Shown: piece by piece, positions 1-13,390 of the stretch | How positions within the stretch are numbered: the first letter of the stretch is position 1 | Layout of the letters: the number at the start of each line of letters is the position of its first letter | NCBI RefSeq assembly: GCF_039654945.1 | Contig: NW_027361783.1 | Span: forward strand, 13,392,001 to 13,456,000 | Source: Dendrobates tinctorius | Lineage: Eukaryota | DNA: 64,000 nt | Direction of reading: 5' to 3' | Program-made: the position numbers and the translations under genes | The notes under the pieces: model-generated | What the model was told of the DNA's origin: nothing | Database searches by the model: none | The model's input: the letters and a program-made list of their open reading frames with translations, nothing else

Positions 1-3000
1 GCTCTTGTTCCTTCTGCTACCCATCCTGGTGCCAGCACTGTCTGCTGGTTCTCGCCACAGCCTTTAACCTAGGTGCCTCCATCTCGGTATCCGAGGTCCA
101 GCACCGTCAGCTGGTCCTTGGTAGTGCTTTTAAGCACAGGTACCTTCTGCTTAGTAACCGTGGTCCAGCACCGTCAGTTGGTCCTCGGTAGTGCCATTGG
201 GTCTTGTTCCTTCTGCTACCCATCCGGGTGCCAGCACTGTCTGCTGGTTCTCGCCACAGCCTTTGGCCTAAGTGCCTCCTTCTCGGTATCCGAGGTCCAG
301 CACCGTCAGCTGGTCCTTGGTAGTGCTTTTTAGCACAGGTACCTTCTGCTTACTAACCGTGGTCCAGCACCGTCAGTTGGTCCTCGGTAGTGCCATTGGC
401 TCTTGTTCCTTCTGCTACCCATCCGGGTGCCAGCACTGTCTGCTGGTTCTCACCACAGCCTTTGGCCTAGGTGCCTCCATCTCGGTATCCGAGATCCAGC
501 ACCGTCAGCTGGTCCTTGGTAGTGCTTTTTAGCACAGGTACCTTCTGCTTAGTAACCGTGGTCCAGCACCGTCAGTTGGTCCTCGGTAGTGCCATTGGCT
601 CTTGTTCCTTCTGCTACCCATCCGGGTGCCAGCACTGTCTGCTGGTTCTCGCCACAGCCTTTGGCCTAGGTGCCTCCATCTCGGTAACCGAGGTCCAGCA
701 CCGTCAGCTGGTCCTTGGTAGTGCTTTTTAGCACAGGTACCTTCTGCTTAGTAACCGTGGTCCAGCACCGTCAGTTGGTCCTCGGTAGTGCCATTGGCTC
801 TTGTTCCTTCTGCTATCCATCCAGGTGCCAGCACTGTCTGCTGGTTGTCACCACAGCCTTTGGCCTAAGTGCCTCCATCTCGGTATCTGAGGTCCAGCAC
901 CGTCAGCTGGTCCTTGGTAGTGCTTTTTAGCACAGGTACCTTCTGCTTAGTAACCATGGTCCAGCACCGTCAGTTGGTCCTCGGTAGTGCCATTGGCTCT
1001 TGTTCCTTCTGCTACCCATCCGGGTGCCAGCACTGTCTGCTGGTTCTCACCACAGCCTTTGGCCTAGGTGCCTCCATCTCGGTATCCGAGGTCCAGCACC
1101 GTCAGCTGGTCCTTGGTATTGCTTTTTAGCACAGGTACCTTCTGCTTAGTATCCGTGGTCCAGCACCGTCAGTTGGTCCTCGGTAGTGCCATTGGCTCTT
1201 GTTCCTTCTGCTACCCATCCGGGTGCCAGCACTGTCTGCTGGTTCTTGCCACAGCCTTTGGCCTAGGTGCCTCCATCTCGGTATCCGAGGTCCAGCACCG
1301 TCAGCTGGTCCTTGGTAGTGCTTTTTAGCACAGGTACCTTCTGCTTAGTAACCGAGGTCCAGCACCGTCAGTTGGTCCTCGGTAGTGCCATTGGCTCTTG
1401 TTCCTTCTGCTATCCATCCAGGTGCCAGCATTGTCTGCTGGTTGTCACCACAGCCTTTGGCCTAAGTGCCTCCATCTCGGTATCCGAGGTCCAGCACCGT
1501 CAGCTGGTCCTTGGTAGTGCTTTTTAGCACAGTTACCTTCTGCTTAGTAACCGTGGTCCAGCACCGTCAGTTGGTCCTCGGTAGTGCCATTGGCTCTTGT
1601 TCCTTTTGCTACCCATCCGGGTGCCAGCACTGTCTGCTGGTTCTCGCCACTGCCTTTGGCCTAGGTGCCTCCATCTCGGTATCCGAGGTCCAGCACCGTC
1701 AGCTGGTCCTTGGTAGTGCTTTTTAGCACAGGTACCTGCTGCTTAGTATCCGTGGTCCAGCACCGTCAGTTGGTCCTCGGTAGTGCCATTGGCTCTTGTT
1801 CCTTCTGCTACCCATCCGGGTGCCAGCACTGTCTGCTGGTTCTCGCCACAGCCTTTGGCCTAGGTGCCTCCATCTCGGTATCCGAGGTCCAGCACCGTCA
1901 GCTGGTCCTTGGTAGTGCTTTTTAGCACAGGTACCTTCTGCTTAGTAACCGTGGTCCAGCACCGTCAGTTGGTCCTTGGTAGTGCCATTGGCTCTTGTTC
2001 CTTCTGCTACCCATCCGGGTGCCAGCACTGTCTGCTGTTTCTCGCCACTGCCTTTGGCCTAGGTGCCTCCATCTCGGTATCCGAGGTCCAGCACCGTCTG
2101 CTGGTCCTTGGTAGTGCTTTTTAGCACAGGTACCTTCCGCTTAGTAACCGTGGTCCAGCACCGTCAGTTGGTCCTCGGTAGTGCCATTGGCTCTTGTTCC
2201 TTCTGCTACCCATCCGGGTGCCAGCACTGTCTGCTGGTTCTCGCCACAGCCTTTGGCCTGGGTGCCTCCATCTCGGTATCCGAGGTCCAGCACCGTCAGC
2301 TGGTCCTTGGTAGTGCTTTTTAGCACAGGTACCTTCTGCTTAGTAACCGTGGTCCAGCACCGTCAGTTGGTCCTCGGTAGTGCCATTGGCTTTTGTTCCT
2401 TCTGCTGCCCATCCGGGTGCCAGCACTGTCTGCTGGTTCTCGCCACAGCCTTTGGCCTAGGTGCCTCCATCTCGATATCCGAGGTCCAGCACCGTCAGCT
2501 GGTCCTTGGTAGTGCTTTTTAGCACAGGTACCTTCTGCTTAGTAACCGTGGTCCAGCACCGTCAGTTGGTCCTTGGTAGTGCCATTGGCTCTTGTTCCTT
2601 CTGCTACCCATCCGGGTGCCAGCACTGTCTGCTGTTTCTCGCCACTGCCTTTGGCCTAGGTGCCTCCATCTCGGTATCCGAGGTCCAGCACCGTCTGCTG
2701 GTCCTTGGTAGTGCTTTTTAGCACAGGTACCTTCCGCTTAGTAACCGTGGTCCAGCACCGTCAGTTGGTCCTCGGTAGTGCCATTGGCTCTTGTTCCTTC
2801 TGCTACCCATCCGGGTGCCAGCACTGTCTGCTGGTTCTCGCCACAGCCTTTGGCCTGGGTGCCTCCATCTCGGTATCCGAGGTCCAGCACCGTCAGCTGG
2901 TCCTTGGTAGTGCTTTTTAGCACAGGTACCTTCTGCTTAGTAACCGTGGTCCAGCACCATCAGTTGGTCCTCGGTAGTGCCATTGGCTCTTGTTCCTTCT

Positions 3001-3838
3001 GCTACCCATCCGGGTGCCAGCACTGTCTGCTGGTTCTCGCCACAGCCTTTGGCCTAGGTGCCTCCATCTCGTTATCCGAGGTCCAGCACCGTCAGCTGGT
3101 CCTTGGTAGTGCTTTTTCGCACAGGTACCTTCTGCTTAGTAACCGTGGTCCAGCACCGTCAGTTGGTCCTCGGTAGTGCCATTGGCTTTTGTTCCTTCTG
3201 CTGCCCATCCGGGTGCCAGCACTGTCTGCTGGTTCTCGCCACAGCCTTTGGCCTAGGTGCCTCCATCTCGATATCCGAGGTCCAGCACCGTCAGCTGGTC
3301 CTTGGTAGTGCTTTTTAGCACAGGTACCTTCTGCTTAGTAACCGTGGTCCAGCACCGTCAGTTGGTCCTCGGTAGTGCCATTGGCTCTTGTTCCTTCTGC
3401 TACCCATCCGGGTGCCAGCACTGTCTGCTGGTTCTCGCCACAGCCTTTGGCCTAGGTGCCTCCATCTCGGTATCCGAGGTCCAGCACCGTCAGCTGGTCC
3501 TTGGTAGTGCTTTTTAGCACAGGTGCCTTCTGCTTAGTAACCGTGGTCCAGCACCGTCAGTTGGTCCTCGGTAGTGCCATTGGCTCTTGTTCCTTCTGCT
3601 ACCCATCCGGGTGCCAGCACTGTCTGCTGGTTCTCGCCACAGCCTTTGGCCTGGGTGCCTCCATCTCGGTATCCGAGGTCCAGCACCGTCAGCTGGTCCT
3701 TGGTAGTGCTTTTTAGCACAGGTACCTTCTGCTTAATAACCGTGGTCCAGCACCGTCAGTTGGTCCTCGGTAGTGCCATTGGCTCTTGTTCCTTCTGCTA
3801 CCCATCCGGGTGCCAGCACTGTCTGCTGGTTCTCGCCA
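1..3838. repeat. 199-bp tandem satellite, about 19 copies, running off the window start; the unit consists of three diverged ~66-bp subrepeats
   Basis: Near-identical ORF translations recur every 199 bp (73, 272, 471 ...). The core ccagcac-gtc-gctggt occurs three times per unit. Confidence 0.97.
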
Positions 3839-4927
3839 GTTTCTCAGCCTTCTTGTACCTTCTGCTACATTTCCAAGATCAAGCTTTTTGAAATTGTCTT
3901 TGGTAATCCTTATTGATCTCCATGACGACGACCCTGATGATGACGACCCTGAAGTCCACACCAAAGAAGACCAGAAATATGACCCTAAATAATAAGACCA
4001 AGAGGACAAAGAACATGAAGACAACCACCAAGATACAGAAGAACAAGAAGCAGAAGAATCAAAAGCAGAAGAACAGAAAGCAGAAGAACATTAAGCATAA
4101 GACTAAAAATCAGCATAGAAGAAATCAAAATTATAAGCAGAAGAAGACTAAGCAGTAAATGGGGGTGAGTCCGTTCCTCCTCGTGGTGCCCCTGGAAAAT
4201 GCCTGCTGCTGCAGGCCAAACTGAACACGGACAAATCCTGTTGTAAATCTTTTGTGACAAGCAGAACGTAAGGTGTAATCTTATAACTTTTATAGATAAG
4301 TACTACAGGAATGCCTGTCACCATAAGAAAATGAAGACAAAGAAGAATAGGAAGAAGATGAAGAAATAGCATATTAAAATTAATAATAGCTGAATAAGAA
4401 GAATATGAAGAATGGAAAAAAAAATTAATGGGGAGAAGATGAAGAAGTGGAAGAAGATGAATAAGGTGAAGAAAAAGTTGATGAAAAAAATGCTACTGCT
4501 GCGGATCATGAAGGAGAAAGTGTGGGAGAAGTACAAAAGAAGGTGAAGAGCATGGAAGTTGTGAAACATACAGTACATATCTGACAAAACATAAAAAAGG
4601 TTAACATAGTCAATATCTTTTTAACTCCGAACGTATTGAAAAAAAAATTGGAATTAATGCTATGCCATGTGACTTGAATAAACCATTATGCTTTTAATGT
4701 CTCCTCCACCTCCCACAATACATTCTACATGATTCTCATTTGTTTTCAATTATGTAGAATTAGCCAACAAGGAAATAAAGGGTTTTTTTTAATTCCGATA
4801 CCGGAAGTCCCATTGACTTGAATGGGACTTCCGGTATCGGAATCGGCGATACCCGATATTTTTTTCGTATCGGGCGATACCATCCAATACGATATTTTTG
4901 GGTATCGAACGGTATCGCTCAACACTA
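1..4927. mobile_element. Right part of a non-autonomous hAT-type element carrying the 199-bp satellite and a GAA-rich spacer
   Basis: Ends in ...gtatcgctcaacacta at 4927 with clustered ccgatac/gtatcgg motifs. 4790-4927 is nearly identical to 56160-56299, the end of an element with an 8-bp TSD. The left end lies outside the window. Confidence 0.7.
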
Positions 4928-5015
4928 GTTATGATTTATAAAAACACGGTGCCGAATGTGTTTTGTTTGCTGCCTAGCGAGGATCCCCTAACTGAATAAC
5001 AGCGCTACCTCACAC

Positions 5016-5366
5016 ACCTCACAGGTGATATATTATGCAACATGTGGATGCCCAAAAATTTATGTTGGGCTAACTAGCCGTCAACTTAAAACACGGACTA
5101 GAGAACGCGTCCATGATATTTTGGCAGCCAAGACAGTCACAGACCTGACACAACTTAAAACCATCCCTTAGCATTATAAATCAGTGCACAATTGTGACCC
5201 GAAAATCTTTTTTGTTAGAGGTATTCAACATATAAAGAGTGGAATAAGGAGAGGCGATATTAAACGCCTCCTTGCCCAGAAGGAATGCAGGTGGATCATG
5301 GTTTTGGGAACCACGACTCCACATGGCCTAAATAAATCATTGGGGTTTGCGTTTTTTATAAATTAA
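5016..5366 (+). pseudogene. GIY-YIG endonuclease C-terminal fragment of a Penelope-like retroelement
   Basis: Translates VIYYATCGCPKIYVGLTSRQLKTRTRE...ECRWIMVLGTTTPHGLN with one in-frame stop; paralogous to 41196-41612. Confidence 0.85.
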
Positions 5367-6221
5367 GTGTCTGCCCACTTTTTGATATGGATCTCGCCGG
5401 TCTGTTTTCCCTCACCCTCTTTTTTCCCCTCCTTTTTTGTTTTTATCACTGTTTTATTGAGTAACATATATAGTGTGCACTTATTTGCGTGCTTTCTTCC
5501 AAGTGTATGCACATGGAGGCACACTTTGTTTTGTTTTTAATTCTTCACATTCATTCCTTGACATATTGGTTTTTAAATCCAGGTTTAGATAATATACATT
5601 GTCACCAATATCCATACCCATGAGAGTGTCGGTAGTTATACACCATGCTTCTGAAGATTCTCCAGGAAAATTAATGAGAAGGAATTCCTTGATACCACAT
5701 TATATACTGTCTTCATGTGGACTTATGTTAGTACATTGGCCATTTTTTGGTCGATGCCTCTATTATTGTAACTAATATGTTACTATGTGAAGTTAACTGT
5801 ATACTGCCCAGTGGTGTCATATTGGTATTTGTATATGCTATTTTTCGATTTTTGGAGACAGAGAACATTGTTATCTTTCATTATTTTCTCACATAGTATT
5901 ATCTTCACATCTGTGCTTGGATGTTCCATGCCCCTCGGTAATCCTTGAGTGATGGCTGCATTGCCCTGGTGATGGCCTGGCGCCGGCCCTCCTGGTGTGA
6001 CGTCAGCACACTCAGGTTCCTTCCTTTGTGTTTCTGGCATTGCCCGGGAGACGGCCAGGTGCCGGTCACCTCCGAGTGACGTCAGCATGCTCTGGATGCG
6101 CTGATGGGTTGTGGCGCCACCCAACCGCAGGATGCATGTGCCACCCTCCTCTCCATATTGGCTCATAACAGCCATGTGATTTGATGTTACCGGATATAAA
6201 GGGGTTGGATTTATTCCTTTA

Positions 6222-6275
6222 GCCATGCCCCCGAGGAAGCGGTATCTATACCATGAAACGCGCATTATGGGGTCT
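6222..6275 (+). ncRNA. Degenerate type I hammerhead ribozyme-like motif
   Basis: ccgagga (CUGAGGA with U>C), stem II ggtat-ct-atacc, then gaaa and cgcg; cleavage triplet and stem I are eroded. Confidence 0.5.
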
Positions 6276-7816
6276 CCTGACCAGCGGCCGGTTCATGATA
6301 TGATCGGTATGTGCTGATTTATCACATTGTTTTTGAGCATGTGCGCGCATTGTGCAATATATCTTTTCATGTGATTATAACATTTAGGTCTACCGCATAC
6401 TGCGGCTTCCTCATGTGCTGCACGTTCTGACTTGTGTGGCGACGGTTTACAGCCACAGCTGACTTTACCACAGGCAACCTTGGCTCACATTGCAATTATA
6501 AGCACCTCATGTTGATGGTGACGATTGTCCGCGGTGGCTGTATGCTTCGCCACTATGTCAGCAGTTTAATTATACAATTCCGTTTAGGGGTTAAGTGCAA
6601 TAGAGTGTAGCCAGTGTCTTGATGATTTTTCTATATTTTCTTGCACATGATTTTTCAGCATTTTATTGCACATTTGATATATATTAATTTACCCTGTCAT
6701 CATTGTTACACTTGGCCTTTTTTTACTGTTCCTGTCGCTGGTCTATTTCTTTGTTCCAGGCTAATTTACCCTTTGACCATCTTTTATAATATTACATGTC
6801 CTGTATCTCACGTATGTGTCTTTTATGGACTAATTAAATATTCATTATATAGTTTTTTACTCTTGTTTTCTCCAGTTTTTCTATTAAGTTAGAGTCGTCG
6901 CTATGGGCACTTCATGAGGCACTATTTTGGGATATAACCATATGTGTTTGAAATGTATTTTTGGAGTTTTTTTTGCATACTGCCTTAAATAGATGTTGTG
7001 TGCACAGACTCAGTGTGTGACGTCAGTAAGGGGTGCCACCATGAATAGTGCCTAGGGCAGCATGAAGGCCAAATTTGGCCATCGTTCACGCTGCAGGCGC
7101 AGGCTGGGTGCTGAAGACAGCTCTCTTCATTGTCTCCTGCTTGTGCTGATATCAGCGTGACCATGAGACAATGATGGGAATTGTATTCAACAGCAGCTGT
7201 ATAATTCCTGTTTAAAATAAAGAATTAAATAAAAAAACAGTGTGGGCTCTCGCTCAATTTTTATAACGAGCAGAGAGAAAACCCACAGTTGGGGAATGAT
7301 GTTAATAATCTGGGAAAAGGGGCAATATCTCAAATGGTTCCCAGGATATTAATAACAGCTCACAGCTGTTTGATTAACATTTCCTGGTGAATTTACGTGG
7401 ATCCCAGAAAAAAAATGACTTCTATGAGTTCAAACCAGCTAAGGGTAAACAGACAGCTGTATGTTGATATTAATATTCTGTGAAGGGGCCAGAGATATTG
7501 ACACCCCTCCCAGGCTACCAACATCAGCCCTCAGCTACACCAGAAATTGCCATAACTGCAAATCAAAAGATCAACAGATCTGAGGAATTGATAGGATTCA
7601 TACTGGCATAAGGGGTAGTGACACCAAGCATATTGTTGCACAAAGAGAATGCCATTGGATCTCTGTTTGAAACACACAGGTTTAAGCAAACAGTTAAGTT
7701 TCACCTCCTTTCTATAATTCTTGTCCTGTGTTTTAATTTTAACTTCTAATTTGTGTGTTTTGTTGTGCTTTCCTTTATGTTTTTGTAGCTATTTACCTTT
7801 ATGATGATCAGTATAA

Positions 7817-7953
7817 GGCCGGGATCACACATGCAAGAAACACGGCCGCATAGCAATACATGCAGCAGAACGCTCCGCTCCCGAGTGTCGGCCGCAGTGC
7901 CGGGTATTAACATGCGAGACTCGGCCGTGTTTCTCACATGTGTGATCTCGGCC
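7817..7953. mobile_element. Short palindromic Harbinger/Tourist-like MITE
   Basis: ggccgggatcacacatg...catgtgtgatctcggcc inverted ends, flanked by taa and tta. Confidence 0.75.
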
Positions 7954-8520
7954 TTAGTGAGTCTGACTGAAAGTGCCTACATGGGAAGTAATTTGTCCTC
8001 CTTTTCTACCATCTTCTCTGGCTGGTAGGACACTGCACAGCACATGTAATAACATGTATATACGTGATCAGCCATTTATATCCATTTCATGCTCTCTTTT
8101 TATGTATATTTTGGGTCTGTATATATAGTTTTTAGTTTTATTTGTGTTTTTTACATGCAGTTAGCTCATCATCCGCAGGGTTTTTTTTTGTAATTTGTAT
8201 GGATTTTCTCTACCCTTGCTGTCTATTAAATCTATTATTGTATATATTGTCTTTTGCACAATTTTACCAGGTTGAGCACTAGCACTTTAGGATATTTGTG
8301 TATATTAAACACTATTTTCATCATTTTTACATTTTTAATTGTTGTTGTATTGCACCACAGTATATGGCATGCAATGTTGGCAAATGTATTTGTATGTCTA
8401 ATAATGAATTATCAGATTCACTTAATTTTGGTATGTACATCACTATGTAGCATTTACTATGTGGTGATCATTGTCACTATACACATTCTCTATGATAACG
8501 AAGTGTCTCTGAGATATATA

Positions 8521-9689
8521 TTCACACATGGTCAAAATTGTTGGTACCCCTCGTTTAATGACATAAAATCCCACAATGGTGACAGAAATAACTTGAATCT
8601 GACAAAAGTAATAATAAATCAAAAATCTATGAAAATGAACAAATGAAAGTCAAGACATGCTTTTCAACCATGCTTCCACAGAATTTAAAAAAAAATAAAA
8701 TTCATGAAATAGGCCTGGACAGAAATGATGATACCCTGAAAATAATGTGACAAAAAGGACAAGTTAATTAGCATCACAGGTGTCTACAATCTTGGAATCA
8801 GTGAGTGGGCCTGTATAGAGGGCTACATATAGCTAATATAGTGGGCTAGTTTTCAGCTTTGCCCAACACATGGTCGTCTAAAGGTTAGATGGAGACCTGG
8901 AGAGGAGTACAAGCCATAGTGTCTTGCACCCACTGTGAAATTTGGTGGAGGATTGGTGATGATCTGGGGATGCTTCAGCAAAGCTGGGATTGGGCAGGAT
9001 AATCTTTGTCAAGGACGTATGAATCAAGCCGCATACAAGGTTATCCTGGAAAAAACAGTTGATTCCTTCTGCTCAGGAAATGTTCCCCAAATCTGAGGAC
9101 TGGTTTTTCCAGCAGGACAATGCACCTTGCCACACAGCTGGGTGAATCAATGTGTGGATGAAGGACCACCACATCAAATCCCTGTCATGGACCGCCAAAT
9201 CTCCAGACCTGAACCCCATTGAAAATCTCTGGAATGTAATCAAGAGGAAGATGGATAGTCACAAGCCATCAAACAAAGACGAACTGCTTAACTTTTTGTA
9301 CCAGGAGTGGTATAAGGTCACCCAAAAGCAGTGTGAAAGACTGGTGGAAAGCATGCCAAGACGCATGAAAGCTGTGATTAAAAATCATGATTATTTCACA
9401 AAATATTGATTTCTGAATTCTTTCTGAGTTAAAACATTAGTATTGTTGTTTCTAAATGATTATGAACTTGTTTTCTTAGCATTGAGGTCTGTAAGCACTG
9501 CATTTTTTTTTGTTCTTTTGACCATTTCTCATTTTCTGAAAACAAATACAAAATTTAGTGCTTGGAAATTCAAAGACATGTTGTCAGGAGTTTATAGAAT
9601 AAAAGAGCAATTTACATTTTACTCAAAAATATACCTATAAAAAGAAAAAAACTGAAAATTTTGCAGTGGTCTCTTTTTGCCAGAGCTGA
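8521..9689 (+). mobile_element. Internally deleted Tc1/mariner remnant
   Basis: Frameshifted C-terminal transposase ([31 protein letters not shown]; ORF 9152-9409) with decayed ends next to TA runs. Confidence 0.8.
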
Positions 9690-10179
9690 ATATATTATGT
9701 TTCTGTACTAAACTTATAACTTTTTATACACATCACATATTGGACGTATTACTCCATTTTTTCTATTGTTTTGCTCAGTTTTGGAGCATCCCTCCTTCTT
9801 GTTCTGAACTGGGCCCTCCCACATGGGAACATAATCCCCTTACAGCTTTTTACTTATGGTTTCTGTTTTGGTCTTTATTCTCCTTTGTCCCTAATTAGTT
9901 TAACTTTTTGATATCTTAGTATTTCATTTGGGGCTTATTTTCTACTATATCCAATCAACCATTTCACCTCTCCCCCTTTTTTATGAATTAGTCATGGAAA
10001 ATTTGGCAGCAGTTGCTCTATTCTATCCAGTTCCCTTTTGGTTCAGATCATGCTTATTTCAGGTATTGATGTGGTCCCTATTTATTTAGACACTTCCTCT
10101 TCTAAGGCCTCCTTCACACTACCTGATGATTGCTGCACAGGAAAAACAAGGACTGCACTATCTATTCTATTATTTTTAA

Positions 10180-10960
10180 ACACTGTTTTTCGCTGATTAC
10201 TTTGTATCTCCGTTCATACTCCACCCACACACAAATGATGCACCATTTGAAAGGTAAACTTGCTCCCTTCAGCAAGAAAATAGCCAAACAAACCACACAT
10301 CCACGATTTGATCAAAAAATACAGTTTAAACATTAATTTTCATAAACATGCAGTAAGGAAAAATTACCTGCAGGTGGCACCACACTACCCCAAAGCTGCT
10401 TACAGTCATCACAAACAAATCCAAACCCAGCCTATTTCAGGCAAATTGAAGGATTGCACACTTCACTGTAGGTGAGTCACATATGCAAACACATTTGTAA
10501 GCATGCACTGCCTATTGAATTGCACACTTGCTCCGTTCATACTCCACCCACACAAACAAATGATACTCCATTTGAAAGATCAAATGCCATGCAAGTGGCA
10601 GCACACTACCCCAAAGCACAGTACCACAAAGCTGCTTATAGACATCACAAACCAATCCAAACATTTGCCTTGGGGTATTTCCAGCTTGCCCAGCCTATTT
10701 CAGGCACATTGGAGGATTGCACACTTCACTGCAGGCGAGTCACATATGCAAACACATGTGTAAACATGCACTGCTTTTTCGATGATTACTTCACCCCACA
10801 CACAAAAATGATACACCATTTGGAAGGTAAACTTGCCCCCTTCAGCAAGAAAAGAGCCAAACAAACCACACATTCAAGATTTTATCACTAAATACAGTTC
10901 AAACATTCATTTTCATAAACCTGCAGAAAGAAACAATGACCTGCAATTAGCACCTCAATT
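10180..10960. repeat. Degenerate tandem repeat of about 300 bp, 2-3 partial copies
   Basis: Blocks ctccgttcatactccacccacac, cccagcctatttcaggc, gagtcacatatgcaaacaca and cccttcagcaagaaaa each recur. Confidence 0.7.
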
Positions 10961-11288
10961 GGAAGACATTTTTTTGGCGTATACTTATCAAATCAATTTA
11001 TTGTATTACCAATCTACATATATAAATACCTGTCTGTGTTCATCATCTCATGAAATACATTTACATTTGACCAGCTTGCTTTTTCTGAAATTGCCTGTGC
11101 CCCTGACGATCAATGTGCAAATATTTTGCACGGGCCAATTAGTGTTTATGTAATAAACTTATACCTTTTTTTATACAATACATATTGGACGTATTGCTCC
11201 ATTTTTTCTATTGTTTTACTAAATAGGGACAAGACAGACACTCAGGACCTCATTTATTAAGACTGGTATTGTTTCAGCCATTCTTTAA

Positions 11289-13100
11289 AAGAGATGAGAG
11301 AACCTTTCAAGGTTTGGTTAGGTTCGATTCGCCAAAAGAGTTTGCAGAACAGTTTTCCGAACATACCCGAACCCCATTAGATTCAATGTGAAGCCAAACC
11401 AAACGTATACACAACACCTTAAGGGGTGACAAAAAGCTTCCCAAACAGCTAAAATTAGGGGCAGACACAATGAAAAGTGGCATTAATTGACCCACAGCAG
11501 AAATTTTCAAATGGCAAAGCAGCAAATAGCTATGGGCTATGCATGAGGTATGAGGGTCTGGGCCAGCATTTACAGCTTGGAATTGAAGTTTCACTGATGA
11601 CCTGGTGGTTAAGGGAATGGTGTAAGCCTTCTTAGCTGGGAGCCCTGATACCTTATGCAACAACTCCAATTTTTTTTTCAAACACACACAGATGACACAA
11701 TCATCAGTTTTGTACAGCAATATTGGTAGAAAAATGTAAGGCAAGTAACACAGGTAGTTGAGTGAAATTAAGTGCAGGCATGCCTGCCTGGGAGCCCTAA
11801 TTACACAGGAAACCCACCAGACCCAACTGGAAGTCTCCATATTTCAAAAAATTATTATCACACACCACTAACGTGACATCAATTTCCAGGCCTCAGACAC
11901 ACCTTCTACTACAGGCAACCCACCAGATGGAGATCTAAGTTGGAGTCACCATATTTAAAAAAATTATTGCTACACAACACTAAAGTGGCATCAATTTCCA
12001 CAGAGTATAAGCAGTATAATAGGCCTCTGACACACTTTCGACCACAGGCGACCCACCAGATGGAGACCCAACTTGGAGTTTCCACATTTCAAAAGATTGT
12101 TTGCAACATCATCAGCAGTAGCAATAGCAGGCACAGAAGACATCACAAAGATGGCACAGACTTCAATAACGTGAGATCAATGCATGACAATAAACATGAC
12201 ACCATCACCTAGTCTGCCCAGTCTGAGATCCATGACTTGTTCATTTTGATGAAAGTTAGGTGGCCTACACTTTCAGAGGATGGCTGGATGTGCTTATCCA
12301 TTAGGGCACCACCAGAAGCTAAAAAGACATGTTCTGAGAGAACACATGGCATGACAAAACCTCGAAGGCGTGACAGGTGAGCTCAAGCCACTCTTTAATT
12401 TTTAAAAACAAAATAGAAAAGACTCCAACAACCCCTCCTCTGGATGGCATTGATAGTGAGTGCACCCTTTTCCAGGGGGAAGCATCTTCTAAATTTACTC
12501 TTGTACCATGGATCTACCACCCTCCCACTGAACCCGTATCTGCAATGACAGTCCATAAATTTGAAATATTTTTATATTTTTATCCCTTCCTCATCCTCCT
12601 CTGTTTCCACCTCTTACTCTGGGACCGCCACCTTCTCACGCAGACTATTCAAAGTGGGTAGATGTCTGAATAGTGATGCTGATGATGGCATTGTCAACGC
12701 TAACCATCTTAGTAGCCATTTCAAAACTCTGCAGAAGAGAGCATTGGTCCTTCATCTGTGCCCATTCCGCAAGCATGATTTGCACCACATCTGGACTGCA
12801 TTTGCACCACCGTGTCAGAACATTGCAAATCGAACAGTTAACCGGTAGGCCGAAAGACCTCTGTAGCGATACAAGTCGATGAACTGCGGGGTGCGATCAG
12901 CAGAAGGGAGCTCATAGCTACCATGCTTTCTGCAGTAGCACGTCCAGGCTGGGGATAGTGGCTGAGAAATTGTTGAACCACCAGGTTGGGGACGTGGCAG
13001 CAGGATCAGTGGAGTCAGCCATTGCTCTAATTTGGCCTGGATAGCTGTCCACAACTCTTGAGCTGTGTGACTGCGATCCCCAAGGCACATTAATGTGAAC
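11289..13100 (-). mobile_element. Decayed hAT transposon: terminus and C-terminal transposase part (continues at 24723)
   Basis: Terminus-like agagatgagagaacc at ~11290. Minus strand gives a hATC-type motif (VLSEHVFLASGG...LTFIKMN, 12240-12345) and an NLVVQQFL motif (~12970). Three ~120-bp internal repeats at 11800-12100. Confidence 0.75.
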
Positions 13101-13353
13101 AGGGGAAGAGTCCTGAGGAGAGAATTTGCATATTGCCAGTGCCTTCTGGGATAAGTGAAGAGTCTCTGCGAGCGCAACGATCACTGGATTTTGGCTGTTG
13201 CAGCTGAAAAGAGGAAACCGGTAAACCAGGGAAAGAGTCCTGAGGAGAGAATTTGCATAATCCCAGTGCCTTCTGGGATAAGTGAAGAGTCTCCGCAAGC
13301 TCAACGATCACTGGATTTTCGCTGTTGCAGCTGAAAAGAAGAAATCAGTAAAC
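13101..13353 (+). promoter_or_regulatory. Two 127-bp CR1 5'-UTR monomers, each with an ATTTGCAT octamer
   Basis: gagtcctgaggagagaatttgcata at 13108 and 13235. Confidence 0.6.
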
Positions 13354-13390
13354 CGATTGGCTCATTTTTCATCGCTTTAACAATACCAAT

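Larger units (their letters stand above)
4936..6900 (+). mobile_element. 5'-truncated Penelope-like element (endonuclease plus 3' terminal region); boundaries approximate
   Basis: GIY-YIG fragment followed by a T-rich 3' region, a TATA-like tataaa (~6195) and a hammerhead-like motif. Confidence 0.6.

Noticed and set aside
1-3838. CRISPR array or newt satellite-2-like ribozyme repeat
   Set aside because: No unique spacers and no cas genes; no CUGANGA/GAAA core found in the unit on either strand.
73-3891. Series of 86-aa ORFs
   Set aside because: By-products of a 199-bp unit that is not a multiple of 3; mostly non-ATG starts and no continuous frame.
3913-4587. Lys/Glu- or Leu/Phe-rich ORFs
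   Set aside because: Translations of GAA-rich low-complexity DNA inside a transposon.
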